Source: an uncultured Actinomycetes bacterium (GTDB lineage Bacteria; Actinomycetota; Actinomycetes; S36-B12; CAIYMF01). Taken from it: a stretch of 32,000 nucleotides of DNA. Below the pieces are notes generated by a model. It was not told where the DNA came from. It made no database searches and saw nothing but the letters and a program-made list of their open reading frames with translations. This document shows positions 31,578 through 32,000 of the stretch, one piece after another. How positions within the stretch are numbered: position 1 is the stretch's first letter; the number at the start of each line of letters is the position of its first letter. Made by a program: the position numbers and the translations under genes. The stretch lies in contig CAWJMG010000001.1 of assembly GCA_963843975.1 (NCBI GenBank), positions 30,001 through 62,000 of the forward strand, given 5' to 3'.

Positions 31578-31646
31578 TGCCGTTACAAGGAGGTTCATGA
31601 GGTTTACATCTCGTGACGTCGTGTTACGTCGCTAGGCTCGTGCTCG

Positions 31647-32000
31647 ATGCCGCCTCGCCGTCGTACGTCGACCGGAGAACCCGAGCCGTCGACGTCTCCC
31701 GCCGCCCCTGTCAGCCCTCGCGCGTCCTCTGCGCGCCCGAAACCGGCCGCGAAGACGGCCAAGGCCTCCCCGGCGGCCACCGCGGTCGCCGAGCCGCTGC
31801 GTCCGGCCAGCACCGGCCGCTACCTCGTCGAGGACCTCTCCCCCGTGGTCGCGCACGGCACCCGGCCGGTCAAGGCCGTCGCCGGAGAGCGCCTGCGGGT
31901 CTCCGCCACCGTCTTCCGCGAGGGGCACGACGCCGTCGCCGCCACCGTGGTCGTGACAGCCGGTGACGGCAGCACCACCTCGGTGCCCATGCACCACGTG
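31647..32000 (+). CDS. glgE: Alpha-1,4-glucan:maltose-1-phosphate maltosyltransferase GlgE. N-terminal part only, because the gene runs off the window end.
   Basis: Not in the ORF track because there is no stop in the window. Manual translation from ATG 31647 gives MPPRRRTSTGEPEPS...GRYLVEDLSPVVAHGTRPVKAVAGERLRVSATVFREGHDAVAATVVV, which is the GlgE N-terminal domain signature (VFREGHDA). TAGGCT lies 8 nt upstream of the ATG. Confidence 0.75.
   Translation, partial: MPPRRRTSTGEPEPSTSPAAPVSPRASSARPKPAAKTAKASPAATAVAEPLRPASTGRYLVEDLSPVVAHGTRPVKAVAGERLRVSATVFREGHDAVAATVVVTAGDGSTTSVPMHHV

Noticed and set aside
28926-31616. 896-aa plus-strand ORF antisense to glgP. Similar long antisense ORFs occur at 22834..24999, 12022..13890, 13584..15203 and 8197..9657.
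   Set aside because: These are the same high-GC mirror-frame phenomenon. In each case the opposite strand encodes a protein with clear family signatures (GlgP, GlgX/EchA, GH57, GT4, DUF1501).
1-32000. Scan for tRNA, rRNA, CRISPR arrays, IS elements, integrases and phage or defence genes
   Set aside because: I saw no cloverleaf-like or rRNA-like segments and no regularly spaced direct repeats. No transposase, integrase or recombinase-like ORF appears in any frame. This was an eye scan only, so small ncRNAs cannot be excluded.

Overview
Very high-G+C actinobacterial chromosome segment. The taxon is inferred. Gene order recalls the Mycobacterium tuberculosis Rv3015c-Rv3039c neighbourhood (from memory, no search run), with extra inserted blocks. 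I call about 31 protein genes and see no tRNA, rRNA, CRISPR, transposase or integrase. Many gene pairs overlap by 4 nt (ATGA or GTGA), which indicates operons.

Gene order:
- MetE-like gene (partial), divergent from two tandem TRIC/UPF0126 channel genes
- mnmA-iscS
- etfB-etfA, with etfA broken by a 1-nt insertion
- TAT-signal DUF1800 + DUF1501 + secreted 3xFN3 protein operon
- Methyltransferase-GH57-GT4 trio (Rv3030-3032-like, MGLP-type alpha-glucan genes)
- ZIP transporter, saccharopine-dehydrogenase-like reductase, CPBP protease
- LbH acyltransferase / YgeA-type racemase / SRPBCC operon
- GNAT, then an Rv3038c-like methyltransferase with about 51 codons apparently out of the ancestral frame between two compensating indels
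- Pro/Thr/Ser-linker polysaccharide-deacetylase-like lipoprotein (frameshifted)
- Enoyl-CoA hydratase, then glgX
- A 2.8-kb accessory island: DUF1851 protein, ECF sigma + DUF4232 membrane partner, DJ-1/PfpI
- glgP, divergent from glgE (partial)

Most interesting observations:
1. Three copies of a ~78-bp palindromic element. Each starts directly after a stop codon and together they partition the island between glgX and glgP.
2. A 15-bp bipartite hairpin that sequesters the ECF sigma ribosome-binding site.
3. Four single-base indels in three otherwise conserved genes.
4. A mirror-symmetric 24-bp palindrome made of two back-to-back TAGGGT -10 boxes. It appears to serve two divergent leaderless genes, and similar TANNNT-to-start-codon geometry occurs at three more genes.
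5. The uncharacterised DUF1800/DUF1501/FN3 export operon.

All family names come from motif recognition without database searches.
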